Counted from the first letter of the stretch, positions 28,521 through 40,530 are shown. The stretch: DNA of 64,000 bases from Eledone cirrhosa (GCA_964016885.1 OZ024741.1:125984001-126048000), one strand, 5' to 3'. The notes: generated by a model not told the origin, from the sequence alone. Translations and numbers: made by a program.

Positions 28521-28623
28521 TGGCAAAAAAAAAACAAGAACAAAAAGTAAACAAAGAACCAAAAACAAAACAATGTTATATTCGCTTTTTATTGTTCCAT
28601 AGATTTATTTCACCATAAAACCA

Positions 28624-28703
<80 letters not shown>

Positions 28704-28880
28704 CTTTCTGTCTGTCTCTCTCTCTCTCACATTAGAATTAGGACGTTCATTCCAACACATGTATGTAAGTATGTGGGTACTATCATGATTGTGTGGTTAA
28801 GAATTTAGTTTCACAACCATATACTTCCAGATCCGATCCAGCCACCATGTATGTATGTATGTATGTATGTACGTATGTAT

Positions 28881-29253
28881 GTTCTTCTGGTTTTATAATT
28901 TCGAGAGTCGGTTTCTAACATAGACACCAGACTCTCTCATTGGAATTTACACATCAACTAGGTAGATTATGTATGTATGCATGTGTAGATATGGATGTTA
29001 TTGTATGTGTGGATGTGGATGTTTTGAGTTGTATGTGTGCATGTGTATATGCTTTGCATCTGTACATGTGTATATGCAGTTATTAGATGCACAATGTTTG
29101 GAATGTTTTACATATTTTACTGTTCCATTAATGGATTGTACTTGTAATTTCCTAACTAGTTGTGTTCTTTCTGTTCTGTGAAGCCTAGCTTCTCAAGATT
29201 TGTATTGAGGCAGTTACTAACATACCCCAGTACCCCAATAATCGCAGGCATAA
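28881..29253 (-). mobile_element. 3' fragment of R4/Dong-like retrotransposon in (TATG)n
   Basis: Aligns with 30397-30790. Confidence 0.75.
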
Positions 29254-29316
29254 ATGTATGTATGTATGTATGTATGTATGTATGTATGTATGTATGTATG
29301 TATGTATGTATGTTAT

Positions 29317-30036
29317 GTCATGTCGGGTCACTCTTGAGTGTTACTGGTAACATGTAACCCAGTACAACCTGTCTCATGGTCGGGTCGTCAGCGACTAAAC
29401 CGGCAACCCCACCAAGTTTACTTGGTGAGGAGGGTAATTTTGGACACCCTGCAGGACAAAAAACAAAACCTGACAAAGGGCGGAAGAACTCATAAGAGTT
29501 AACGGCCATCCAAAAGTGTGTAAATATGTATATACACATGTACCGCGCAGTTAAACCACTGGGAGTGAAGGACCCCTAGCCTTTGTCAGGGCATTCTTCT
29601 AGGAGAAGGCAACTCAGGAAACTGGGATAACTCGGATATAAAACCTGCGGCTCAGTAGTTACCGATGATGTTGATCTTTACTTCTTTTCGGGTTATAGCT
29701 ACTGTCGCTCAGAGAGTGGGATTGGCTCAGTGCACAGTCTTTCCTCACTTTAAAAAATATCTTTACGCACAGGCATTGCACGATCGAATTAATTAATTGT
29801 TTCTACTTTTGGCACAAGGCCAGCAAACACCAGTACATTACTGGTACTTTATTTTATCGACCCCGTAAGGATGAAAGGCAAAGTTAACCTTGGAGGGATT
29901 TGAACTCAGTCCGTAAAGGGACGTAACTCTATGCTAGAAAGCATGGCGTCCGACCCTCTACTGATACTGATTAATAATTATTAATAATGGTATATCATGC
30001 AATGGCCATACTCGATAACGAAGGGGAAGCCATCAT
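29317..30036 (+). mobile_element. Bipartite non-autonomous RTE derivative (5'UTR + 3' tail), interrupted by a SINE at about 29795-29965
   Basis: RTE 5'UTR-like motif TAGGAGAAGG..AAACC; ends TGGCCATACTCGATAACGAAGGGGAAGCCATC + (ATGT)n; homologous to 37251-37804. Confidence 0.65.
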
Positions 30037-30084
30037 GTATGTATGTATGTATGTATGTATGTATGTATGTATGTATGTATGTAT

Positions 30085-30344
30085 GTGCAGTGCCTTTGCT
30101 CACTATAAAAACTTCACGGCACAGGCATTGCTTTATATCTGGAGATCTCTCTGCACTTGTCGTCACATGGTACCATGGGCCCAGCACTATGTGTCAATAA
30201 TTGTCACAAGTATAGTGTTTGTATCAGAGTTTTCAAGTCGTTGGCTGGACTAAAAAGTCACACTCGTTCAGCGCATCGGTAGGGGTTCTCCTACATGGAT
30301 ATAAAGTAGTGGCCGTACTCGAAAACGAGTTGGCAGCCACCATG
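30085..30344 (+). mobile_element. 5'-truncated copy of the bipartite RTE derivative
   Basis: Near identical to 37251-37508(-); (ATGT)n tail. Confidence 0.75.
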
Positions 30345-30396
30345 TATGTATGTATGTATGTATGTATGTATGTATGTATGTATGTATGTATGTATG

Positions 30397-31228
30397 TTCT
30401 TCTGGTTTTAATTTCACAAATGTTTGCCAATAGAGAGAGTCGGTTTCTAACATAGACACAAGACTCTCTCATTGGAATTTACACAACATCAACTAGGTAG
30501 ATATGTATGCATGTCTGCATGCATGCATGTGTAGATATGGATGTTATTGTATGTGTGGATGTGGATGTTTTGAGTTGCATGTGTAGATACTTAGTATCTG
30601 TACATGTGTATATACAGTTATTAGATGCAAAATTTTGGGAATGTTTTACATATCTTTTACTGTTCCATTAATGGATTGTACTTGTAATTTCCTAACTAAT
30701 TGTGTTCTTTCTGTTCCTGTGAAGCCCAGCTTCTCAAGATTTGTATTGAGGCAGTTACTAACATATCCCAGTGCCCCAATAATCACAGGCATAAATCTGT
30801 AGGCATAATCAGGGTGGAGTATCTGCAGATTTCTCATCAGTTCTGCATAAATAATCTCCTTTTCGCAATCTTTGATATTATATTGGCATCTGCTGGGCAG
30901 CTAACTTTCACTACTGTGCATGCCTTCTTTTCCTTGTCCCATATCATAATTGTTTCTACTTTTGGCACAAGGCCAGTAATTAACCAGTGCATTACTGGTA
31001 CTTTATTTTATCGTACCAGTAATGCACTGAGTAATTACTGGCCTTGTGCCAAAAGTAGAAACAATTATGATATGGGACAAGGAAAAGAAGGCATGCACAG
31101 TAGTGGAAGTTAGCTGTCCAGCAGATACCAATATAATATCAAAGATATTATTTTGTCCCATATCATAATATCTGGTCTGTTATGCCTGTATTTTATTGGA
31201 ACATTCCACCAGTTCTCTTTCATATTAT
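30397..31228 (-). mobile_element. R4/Dong-like retrotransposon 3' fragment with RLE endonuclease remnant, interrupted by a fold-back SINE insertion
   Basis: Minus strand encodes WWNVPIKYRHNRPDIMIWDKEKKACTVV(E/K)VSCPAD..PVIIGALG, a PD-(D/E)xK RLE motif; (TACA)n at both ends. Confidence 0.8.
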
Positions 31229-31229
31229 G

Positions 31230-31261
<32 letters not shown>

Positions 31262-31384
31262 TGTATGTATGTATGTATTTCTCTCTCTATATATATACAC
31301 ACACACACACACACATATATATATGTACATGTATGTATGTATGTATGTATGTATGTATTTCTCTCTCTCTCTATATATATATAT

Positions 31385-31416
<32 letters not shown>

Positions 31417-33081
31417 GTACATGTATGTATGTATGTATGTATGTATGTATGTATGTATGTATGAAGTACTCTGTATTGAAGTATTCCGCAGAATTCATGC
31501 CTGTCACTAAACAAAGCTGTGTGTGTGTGTGTGTGTGAGTGTGTGTGTATGAGTACCAATCACACTCATATGACTGTGTATATATACATATGTTCATTCC
31601 AGGAAACTGAAATGGATAATCTTTGGAATGTTTCACAAGTCATCACTGTACCGTTCATCGGTTGGATATGGAGGATGCGAGTCGGTTTATTTTGTTCTTT
31701 CTTGGAAACCACTCCTGGTATTTCAAGGCTTTTATGTAAATATGTTGTTTACCTATGATAATAGGTACAGATGAAAATCTGTACCTCGGATACTAAAGCT
31801 GTAAATTCTGCATTTGTTCACCATGTATGTCCTCATAGTCCAGTGTATTTGTGATGAAATAGGTCTAAAGTCTGTCTCGACCCAGGAGGCAAACCAGGCC
31901 GATGTTTATCCCGATTTCCGTGGCGTTAAGCGACTGAGTATGAGACAGTGGAGAGGACGCTAGTCCGTCGCAAGGTTAACCCTCAGTTATTACTGGTACT
32001 CATTTTCAGCTGAATACACTGGAGTACATGAAGTGTTTTGCTCAAGAAATCCAGTCCAGGAATCGAACTCATGACATTATGACTGTAAGTCGCCCTTACC
32101 ACTAGGCCACGCGCCAGCTCTATGATAATTGGTATAATATGATTTTATAACCATAATAGAATGGGCCTCGGTCGGTTTCGATGATGAGTTTTCCAGTAGC
32201 TCGATCAACGGAACAGCCTGTTCATTAAATTAACGTGTATGTGATGGGCTGAGTATTCCACAGATACGTGTATCCTTAAAGTAGTTCTTATGGACACAGT
32301 GTGTGACAAAGGCTGGCTTTTAAATTACAGGTTCAGTCCATCTATTATTGTCTAAGTGGCTGAGCATTCCACAAACAAGCAAAGCATATCTTTAGCATAA
32401 TTCTCTGTGACATTCAACGTGATACAGTGTTTGACAAATCTGCTCCTTTGAATTATTGGTACAATCCATCTGACGGGCTTCCAAACAGTTTCCGTCAACC
32501 CAATTTTCCTCGCAAAGTATGGGTCGACCCGAGAACACTTCACCAAGACATCACACAATGGGATTGAACGCGAGACTTCGTGATTGCGAAGCGAAATTTC
32601 TTAACCATTCGGCCATGTTGTGTCAACCATGGCGTTGAACACTAACAAGAATGACAGCAACAACAAGAATGACAGCAACAACAAGAATGACAGCAACAAC
32701 AACAACAACAACGAAAGTATGTAGTATGAAATATTTTGTTGTGCTGACACCACAGAATTTATCTAAAGAGGTTATTAACTCCTGGACTTTTGAACCGGAA
32801 GTACTGTCCCTTATCCAGCCATTCGGTCATTTCACATAGGAAAAGGAAGTAAGGAAATACTTGAAATACTTTCCTTTTTGTGTCATATCTCACCAATCCC
32901 CGCCCCACTAACAACAACAACTATAAAGCACTGTGACATGTTCTATTTTTGAAAAAACCCTTATTAAGGAAATAAGTTGTGAAAAAAGTCTAGAGTCGTT
33001 GTTTCGCCTGTTGGCGCCCACTTCCACTGATTCTGTCAATGATCTGCCTGGATAGAAACAGGGTTTTGGTGCATAAATAAA

Positions 33082-33140
<59 letters not shown>

Positions 33141-33142
<2 letters not shown>

Positions 33143-33219
33143 GGGTGTCCCCCCCCCCCCAAATTATATACACGTATTTATTAGAATGCTGTTGAAGTGT
33201 GTATATTTGGGACACCCTG
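33141..33219. mobile_element. 79-bp Tc1/mariner-type mini-MITE
   Basis: TIR CAGGGTGTCCC..GGGACACCCTG followed by TA. Confidence 0.7.
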
Positions 33220-33554
33220 TATATATATATATAGAGAGAGAGTTGGCCCAGCTGTTGACTCATACTAATATATATATATATTTGCCAGAACAAATACTGC
33301 CCAAATGGAAAACGAATTGATAAATCTAAAGTGATTCGATAAATACTCAATAATAAACAGAAAGATTTCGTTGTCTCTCAGTAGCAAATATTAATCCGTT
33401 ATTCTGCTTAGTTAAGAAATGAAAGTTTCTAGTTCGAATCCAGTCTGGAACTATATACGTATCCAGGAATAAGACAGCCGGTGACGATTGGAGATGAAAC
33501 TGATTAAAAGGTAATGTGAATGTAGATATTAAAAGACATTAACTAGCTATTTAG

Positions 33555-34100
33555 TTAGTTAGTTAGCAGTTCCTTTGTTTCGTATTAAACAGTGAGCTAC
33601 ATGAGATCGCCCCACCTCTGCACGATCTTAAGTTTTATCACGAGCTTGCTCCCAGACCAGGCGCATGTCTACCAGGTCTCTTATCCAGAGTCCTCAACCA
33701 TGTTTTGACAAATCTGTTTCGCCACCTCTACACTTCCAGCCTTCATACTTCCAATCAAGAGAGGCTTTCACTGGTCTAATCGTGGGCATGCATAGTACGT
33801 TGTCGTACAGACGACACGTTGACGCGTTAGAAGCAAAGATGGAAATACGAAGTTCGATGACGTCACAAGTGGACATATAGGCGTCAGGGATGTGAACTGT
33901 ACTCTTTTATGTTACAGCTAGCGGTGGTATATTTCAACATGTGGTGGTTTATGAGGAGTCCATCATACGGACTGAAATGGAGACAGAGGGAAGACTCACA
34001 GACCTTGACGTCGCCGACGATCTGGAACTCGTAGTACCATGTCTTAGATAAGGAGAAATAGTTGGGAAAAAATATACATAATTTTATTTGCAACAACTCT
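33555..34100 (-). mobile_element. Decayed LINE (RTE-like) 3' fragment with (TAAC)n tail
   Basis: Degenerate coding remnant (RPVKASLDWKYEGWKCRGG); short tandem tail. Confidence 0.4.
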
Positions 34101-34129
34101 TATCAGACAGATATTTGATCAAAACATTA

Positions 34130-34275
34130 GTGTGGAACAGAGGCCAGCCTTGGGTAAAAGCCACTTTTTGGAACACAGAGCCGACATGGGTTAAAAGCCC
34201 CGTTTGGAACACAGACCTGACTTAGGTAAAAAACCAGTTTGTAACACAGGCCAACCTTGGGTAAAAACCACTGTT
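34130..34275. repeat. About 36-bp tandem repeat, 4 copies
   Basis: TGGAACACAGGCCAACCTTGGGTAAAAACCACTGTT-like unit. Confidence 0.75.
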
Positions 34276-34914
34276 TGGATTGCTGTTACTTCTATTAGAT
34301 TCTTTATTGTATCATCTAAATGGTATTTCTATATTTGGGATCCATCAGTCTTGAAAAATATAACGTTTTCTTTTATTTCTACCCAGAGTTAGTCTAGGGC
34401 ACTAAATACCCATGTATTATTCCACGATTACAACAACAACAAATTTAACAAACATGATATTGGAGCAACCCGTGGCTGTAGTAGAAAATACTTGCACAAG
34501 GTACCATGCAATAGAATCGAACCCGAATTCAGAAGCAAACTCCTTAACCACACAGCCGCGTCCGTGTCGACTTAGTTAATAACCTAAGCTGTTTTGTGTG
34601 TGTGTGGGGGGGGGGGGGGTGTTCTAGTAATTAATATGCGGTCGTTAACCTACTTGGCAAATTATGTAAATGTGTTTGAGTTTATTTACATATTTGTTTA
34701 TATTCTGATAACAACTACTGAGGAAATTTACATAGGCATGCCACGGCAAGAAAAATAACAGTCAAGTGTAAGTGCTACTATAATTAACACAGCAAGGGTA
34801 AGAAAGATAGCTTACTACCACATATTTTAGTTATAAGATGAACTTTTTTACCCCCTAAATTTGACATCAGTATCTGTTTACGTCCCAAACACTGAAGGTA
34901 TGCAGATAATAATT

Positions 34915-35700
34915 ATTTCTAAAATTGGCACAAACCCAGTAATTTGGGCAAAGGGAAAGTTGATTATATCGACCCAAGTAATTGATTAATACTTTATTTT
35001 ATCGACCCCAGATGGATTAAAGGCAAAGTTGATTTCGGTGGGATTTGAACTCGGTGCGTAAAGTGCCGGAATAAATAGAGCCAAGTATTTTTTCGACGCT
35101 CTAGCGATCCTGCCAATCTATCTATAATAATAATAATAATAATGATTTCTAATTTAAGAACAAGGCCTGCAATTCGCGGGGAAGAGAATATTGACTCCGT
35201 ATTTGACTGGTATTGTATTTCATCGAACCTGTAATGATGAAAAGCAAAGTTGACCACAGCGGAATTTGAACTCAGAACGTAGAAGGTAGTACCAAGTATC
35301 ACAAAGCATGTTGCCCGACGCTCTACCGATACAACTAATCCACCACCCTCGCAATGGTTTCTGATTTAGGCGAATGGTCAACAATTTTAGAGGAGGGGGA
35401 AGTCGATTAAATAGACCCCAGTGCATTACTGGTACGTTATTTTATCAACCCTGTAAGATTGAAAGGCAAAGCTAACCTAGGCGGGATTTGAACTCAGAAC
35501 GTAAGGGGACGTAACCATATACTACAAAACGTCCTACGTTCTACTGATGCTCTAATCTACCACCTTAATTATAATGCTTTGGGATTTAAGCACAAGGCCA
35601 GTAATTTGGGGGTGGTGGGAAAGTCGATTAAACCGAACCTAGTACTTGACTTGTACTTAATTTTATCGATCCCGGAAGGCGGAGTAACAAAGCCGACCTA
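34915..35700 (-). mobile_element. Head-to-tail array of four dominant-SINE copies
   Basis: Four successive minus-strand cores, each beginning at an AT-rich, mostly (AAT)n tail. Confidence 0.8.
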
Positions 35701-36666
35701 GATTATTTGGGAAGCAAGGTGGGTATATTATGAATTCTTCCAGGGTGGTCGATTGGCAGTATCAGTAGAGCGTCGGACAACATGCTTTGTAGCATAGAGT
35801 TACGGCCCTTTATGATCTGAGTTCAAATCCCGCCGAGGTTAACTTTGCCTTTCATCCTTACGGGGTCGATAAAATAAAGTACCAGTCACGCACTGGAGTC
35901 GATTTAATCGACTTTCCCCTCCCCCAAAATTTGCTTTGTGCCTATATAAGAAACCATTATGATGAATTCTTCCATAACAATGAAACAGCTCAGTACGATC
36001 TTCATCCTGAGCTGCCTAAAAGTCCCTCGTCGGACCGAAATTCACAACGAGGCTACATCGATATGAATTAATGATTGCTTGTAGTTACTACCTCACTAAA
36101 TATATTGAGAATGTCTTATCTTTAACGTCACACGTGTATAAATGATGGTGGTGGTGGTGATGATGATGATCACGATGATGATGAAAAAAAGGAGGAGTCG
36201 ACAGTGTTGGGGGTATAGAAACAGATTTTGGCAACTAAACATTGGATTAGGTTTCAACACATAAACACACATTCCTATTCACATATTCGCGCACATATAT
36301 AGACACACACAAGTACGTAGTTCTTCCGCGTTCCACCTGCAATGATGTGACACACACACACACACACGCACACACACGCGCACGCGCGCACACGCATGTA
36401 TATTTCAAGTATAGTATAATAATAATGGCTTCTGATTTAGGCACAAGGCCAGTAGTTTTTTTTGTGGGGAGTCGATTAAATCGACTCCAGTGCATTACTG
36501 GTACTTTATTTTATCGACCCCGTAAGGATGTAAGGCAAAGTTAACTCAGCGGGATTTGAACTCAGAACGTAAAAGGACGTAACTAAATGCCACAAAGCAT
36601 GTTATCTGATGTTCTACCGATACTGCCATCATTCCAGCCACCCCCTCTCACACATACACACATATA

Positions 36667-36940
36667 GTGAAGGTCGGTGGCCTAGTGGTTATAGTGTTCT
36701 TTTTACGATCCTCATGCCATGGGTTCGATTCTTGGGCCGGGTGGCGCATTGTGCTTTTTGAGTAGAGCGTTGCACCAGTCCACTCAGCTGAAAATGGGGT
36801 CCAATATAGTAGCTGGAGGTTAACCCTGCGATGGTCTGGCGTCATGTCCATGAGGCAGTCAAGTACTCATAGTCACTTAACGTCAATGAAAGTGGGATAA
36901 ACATCTGCTTGATGAGCCACCAGGCTTGGAACAGACGTTG
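36667..36940 (+). mobile_element. tRNA-derived SINE with V-domain-like centre (copies 27255-27535(-) and 31865-32115(-))
   Basis: TGGCCTAGTGG A-box, GGTTCGATTC B-box, AACCCTGCGATGGTCTGGCGTC centre, GGGATAAACATC tail. Confidence 0.65.
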
Positions 36941-37064
36941 CAGAACATAACACGCGAAATATGGCGGCTCAAAATGATATTAGGTTTGAACCACGCAGGC
37001 AGTACCGTCACATTTTTCATACTATACTTACATACATATACTTACATACATACATACATACATA

Positions 37065-37184
37065 CAGGGCCGTCTTAACGCATGGGGGCCCATTTGTATT
37101 TTTATTCCTGTGAGTGGTTGTGTAGGTAGGGTCCCCAGTGCTCTGCTTTGCCCGGGGGCCTATAATGCTGTTAAGACGGCGCTG
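37065..37184. mobile_element. hAT-like MITE (120 bp)
   Basis: TIR CAGGGCCGTCTTAAC..GTTAAGACGGCGCTG; 8-bp CATACATA on both sides (within a CATA tract, so not a diagnostic TSD). Confidence 0.75.
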
Positions 37185-37250
37185 CATACATACATACATA
37201 CATACACACATACGTACATACATACATACATACATACATACATACATACA

Positions 37251-37804
37251 TGGTGGCTGCCAACTCGTTTTCGAGTACGGCCACTACTTTATATCCATGT
37301 AGGTGAACCCCTACCGATGCGCTGAACGAGTGTGACTTTTTAGTCCAGCCAGCGACTTGAAAACTCTGGTACAAACACTACACTTGTGACAATTATTGAC
37401 ACATAGTGCTGGGCCCATGGTACCATGTGACGACAAGTGCAGAGAGATCTCCAGATATAAAGCAATGCCTGTGCCGTGAAGCTTTTATAGTGAGCAAAGG
37501 CACTGCACAAAGCCAGTCCCACTCTCTTAACCAAGATGATATTTACCAACAAGAAGAACAAGTCAACATCATTGGATACCATCAGGGTTGCAGGTGTTAT
37601 ATCAGAGTTTTCCTTCTCCTAGAATTCTGCCTTGACAAAGGCTAAGGGGTCATCTCTCCCGGTGATTTTGGATGGCCATTGACTCTTAAGAGCTCCTTTG
37701 ACAGGTTTTGTTTTTAGTCCTGCAGGATGTCCAAAGTCACCCTCCTCACCAAGAAACCTTGGTGGGGTTGCCAGATTAGTCGCCAACGACCCGACCATGG
37801 GACA
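37251..37804 (-). mobile_element. Bipartite non-autonomous RTE derivative
   Basis: RTE-like 5'UTR (TAGGAGAAGGAAAACTCTGA) fused to a C2H2-like terminal remnant CSVCTRVFKSLAGLKSHTRSAHR* and a hairpin tail + (ATGT)n. Confidence 0.7.
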
Positions 37805-37852
37805 TACATACATACATACATACATACATACATACATACATACATACATACA

Positions 37853-37884
<32 letters not shown>

Positions 37885-38191
37885 CTTACATACATAACAT
37901 ACATACTCTGTGTAATTTAGTCACGACCCTTTACGTTCTGAGTTCAAATCCCGTCGAGGTTAGCTTTGCTTTTTATACTTGCAGGTCAATAAAATAAAGT
38001 ACCAGTAATACACTGGAGCCCATTTAACCAACTTCCTCATACAACTTCAAATTGCTGGCCTTGTACAAAAAAAGAAACAATTATTTATAGGGACCAACTA
38101 TTATTATGATTGGATGCCTTGGGATGCACACCTTTCAAATGTCTTACACACACACACACACTATATATTTATATGTATATATGTATATACA

Positions 38192-38525
38192 CTAGCCGAA
38201 TTACCCGCGCCTTGCTGCGTTTCACACATTTTTTTTGTAAGAAAATGATGATTGATTTTAAATCAGTGATATAATTTATGTAGAAAAACTCTGCATTTTA
38301 ATATTACTCAATGTAAAATGTAATGCATGAAACATTGGAAAACATTGTAATATAACAAATCAAAATTACATTATTAAATCTTATTCTTATTTTGTTTCTT
38401 GTAAATAATTTTTTTCAAAATATCAATTCAAAACTTTTGGGAATAGGCATCATATCTTGTCATTTACCTATGGTTTAAATTTCATATAAATCGAAGGGAA
38501 AAACTACAACTTTATATATATATAT
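38192..38525 (-). mobile_element. Non-autonomous Helitron-like element
   Basis: Minus strand starts TATATATAAAG and ends in a degenerate GC-rich hairpin ..GCGCGGGTAATTCGG-CTAG|T. Confidence 0.6.
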
Positions 38526-38573
38526 ATATAAGTGTATGTGTATGTATATATATATATATGTATATATGTATCA

Positions 38574-38603
<30 letters not shown>

Positions 38604-38606
<3 letters not shown>

Positions 38607-39018
38607 GATATTAAACAAATGGAAACTATATTTATAAAACCATATTTATTTCGTTATATATATTTCTGGGATATCATATTAAAAATATGGTATGCCTTCC
38701 TCAGACAAAATACAATACATAAGCTGTTTTATAAATAATTTTGACATACCTTATAATAATGCAACTTCCATTTAAAAAGTTGATAAGGTATGTCAAAATT
38801 ATTTATAAAACAGCTTATGTATTGTATTTTGTCTGAGGAAGGCATACCATATTTTTAATATGATATCCCAGAAATATATATAACGAAATAAATATGGTTT
38901 TATAAATATAGTTTCCATTTGTTTAATATCGTAAACCTACTCCAGAAACTGTTGAGTGCTTTTATATCAGTTATAAAATATTTACTCGTTGTAACCCAAC
39001 AATTTGAAATAAAACTTT

Positions 39019-39021
<3 letters not shown>
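38604..39021. mobile_element. Fold-back hammerhead-bearing Penelope-like mini-element
   Basis: 151-bp inverted arms 38604-38754 and 38783-38933, 28-nt loop, tail to about 39021; (TA)n on both sides. Confidence 0.85.
38827..38888 (+). ncRNA. Minimal type I hammerhead (mirror copy at 38649-38710 on -)
   Basis: ttttgt CTGAGGA aggcataccatatt..aatatgatatccca GAAA tatata TA acgaaa, then AATAAA. Confidence 0.75.
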
Positions 39022-39069
<48 letters not shown>

Positions 39070-39207
39070 AGTATATGTTGGTTGTATACCAACACACCAG
39101 TATGCAGATTGGAGCACTCGACGTGGTGCGCAGGTTGGTCTGGTTACCCCGGATTAATGTAAAATAAAATAAATAAGTCAAATGTTTACAATTTGGCTTC
39201 GTTTATT

Positions 39208-39254
39208 ACTGCTATATATATTTCGGTCACAGCCATGTGACCTCTTCAGGCAGT
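39208..39254 (-). ncRNA. Minimal type I hammerhead, intact
   Basis: Minus strand: actgc CTGAAGA ggtcaca tggc tgtgacc GAAA tatata TA gcagt AATAAA. Confidence 0.9.
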
Positions 39255-39498
39255 CTGAATTAGTGTGGTAGAGACGAGTACACATGTTGTTGAGGTGTTT
39301 AACTTTGTCAATACTCTATTGTTAAACACCTCAACAACATGTGTACTCGTCTCGGTCACAGCCATGTGACCTCTTCAGGCAGTCTGAATTAGTGTGGTAG
39401 AGACGAGTACACATGTTGTTGAGGTGTTTAACTTTGTCAATACTCTATTGTTAAACACCTCAACAACATGTGTACTCGTCTCTACCACACTAATTCGG

Positions 39499-39553
39499 AC
39501 TGCCTGAAGAGGTCACAGCCAAAGATGGCTGTCACCGAAATATATATAGCAGT
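39499..39553 (+). ncRNA. Minimal type I hammerhead, intact
   Basis: actgc CTGAAGA ggtcacagcc aaagat ggctgtcacc GAAA tatata TA gcagt AATAAA. Confidence 0.9.
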
Positions 39554-39594
39554 AATAAACGAAGCCAAATTGTAAACATTTGACTTGTTTATTT

Positions 39595-39636
<42 letters not shown>

Positions 39637-39659
39637 ATTTGTATGTATATATATATATG

Positions 39660-40017
39660 TATCATCATCATCATCATCGTTTAACGTCCATCTTCCACGC
39701 TAGCATGGGTTTGGACGGGAATTTTCCCACTTGAGGCAATATTGGTTGTCTTGCTCGTATAGGACTGTATGGCGGGTTTTCTACGGCTGGATGCCCTTCC
39801 TAACACCAACCACGTTTACAGTGTGGACTGGGAGGTTTTTACCGTGTTACCTACATGGCCACATTACAGCGTGGACTGTGTGTGTTTTTTTTTGTCGTGA
39901 CACCTACACGTCCTCATTTATTTAGGACTGGATGTTGTGGTACCAACATAACTTTACATCGAAAGGAGTGGTATGGATGGGGTAGTGGGACGGGGGTGTA
40001 TTTTGTTAAGAGGTGCC
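39660..40017 (-). mobile_element. RTE 3'UTR-only copy with (GAT)n tail (others about 60720-61010, 61130-61315, 62040-62100)
   Basis: Aligns with the 3'UTR of the 52370-54155 RTE. Confidence 0.75.
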
Positions 40018-40208
40018 TAATATATATATATGTGAATTGCATATATATATATGATGTGTGTATATGTATATTAACGAGAGTACGTGGTGATGGAAATATG
40101 AAAATAATTTGAGACCTGACAGTTCCTTCTTGGTAGTATGTCTAGATATGCGTCTGTGTATGTACATATAGGTGAGGTGTGTGCGTGCCTGAATGTGCAT
40201 GTATGTGA

Positions 40209-40268
<60 letters not shown>

Positions 40269-40336
40269 ATGCGTGCGCGCGTGTCTAAGTATCCTTGTAT
40301 ATGTATATATATATATAGAAATACATACATATATAG

Positions 40337-40396
<60 letters not shown>

Positions 40397-40530
40397 GGTG
40401 TGTGTGTGCGCGTGTTGAGTATGCATGTATTTATATATATAAATACACACACACAGATTATGTATATATCTATATATATATATTTTCATTTATATATATA
40501 TATATATATAACGTATATGACTACACACTG

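Larger units (their letters stand above)
39067..39600. mobile_element. Fold-back Penelope-like mini-element with two hammerheads and an internal 129-bp tandem duplication
   Basis: Inverted arms from about 39160 to 39600, left-only tail 39067-39160; (TA)n on both sides; same family as 56020-56265. Confidence 0.85.

Noticed and set aside
36667-36745. tRNA-like sequences (also at 24243, 51109 and the SINE heads)
   Set aside because: Only A/B boxes with degenerate arms that continue into SINE bodies; not functional tRNA genes.
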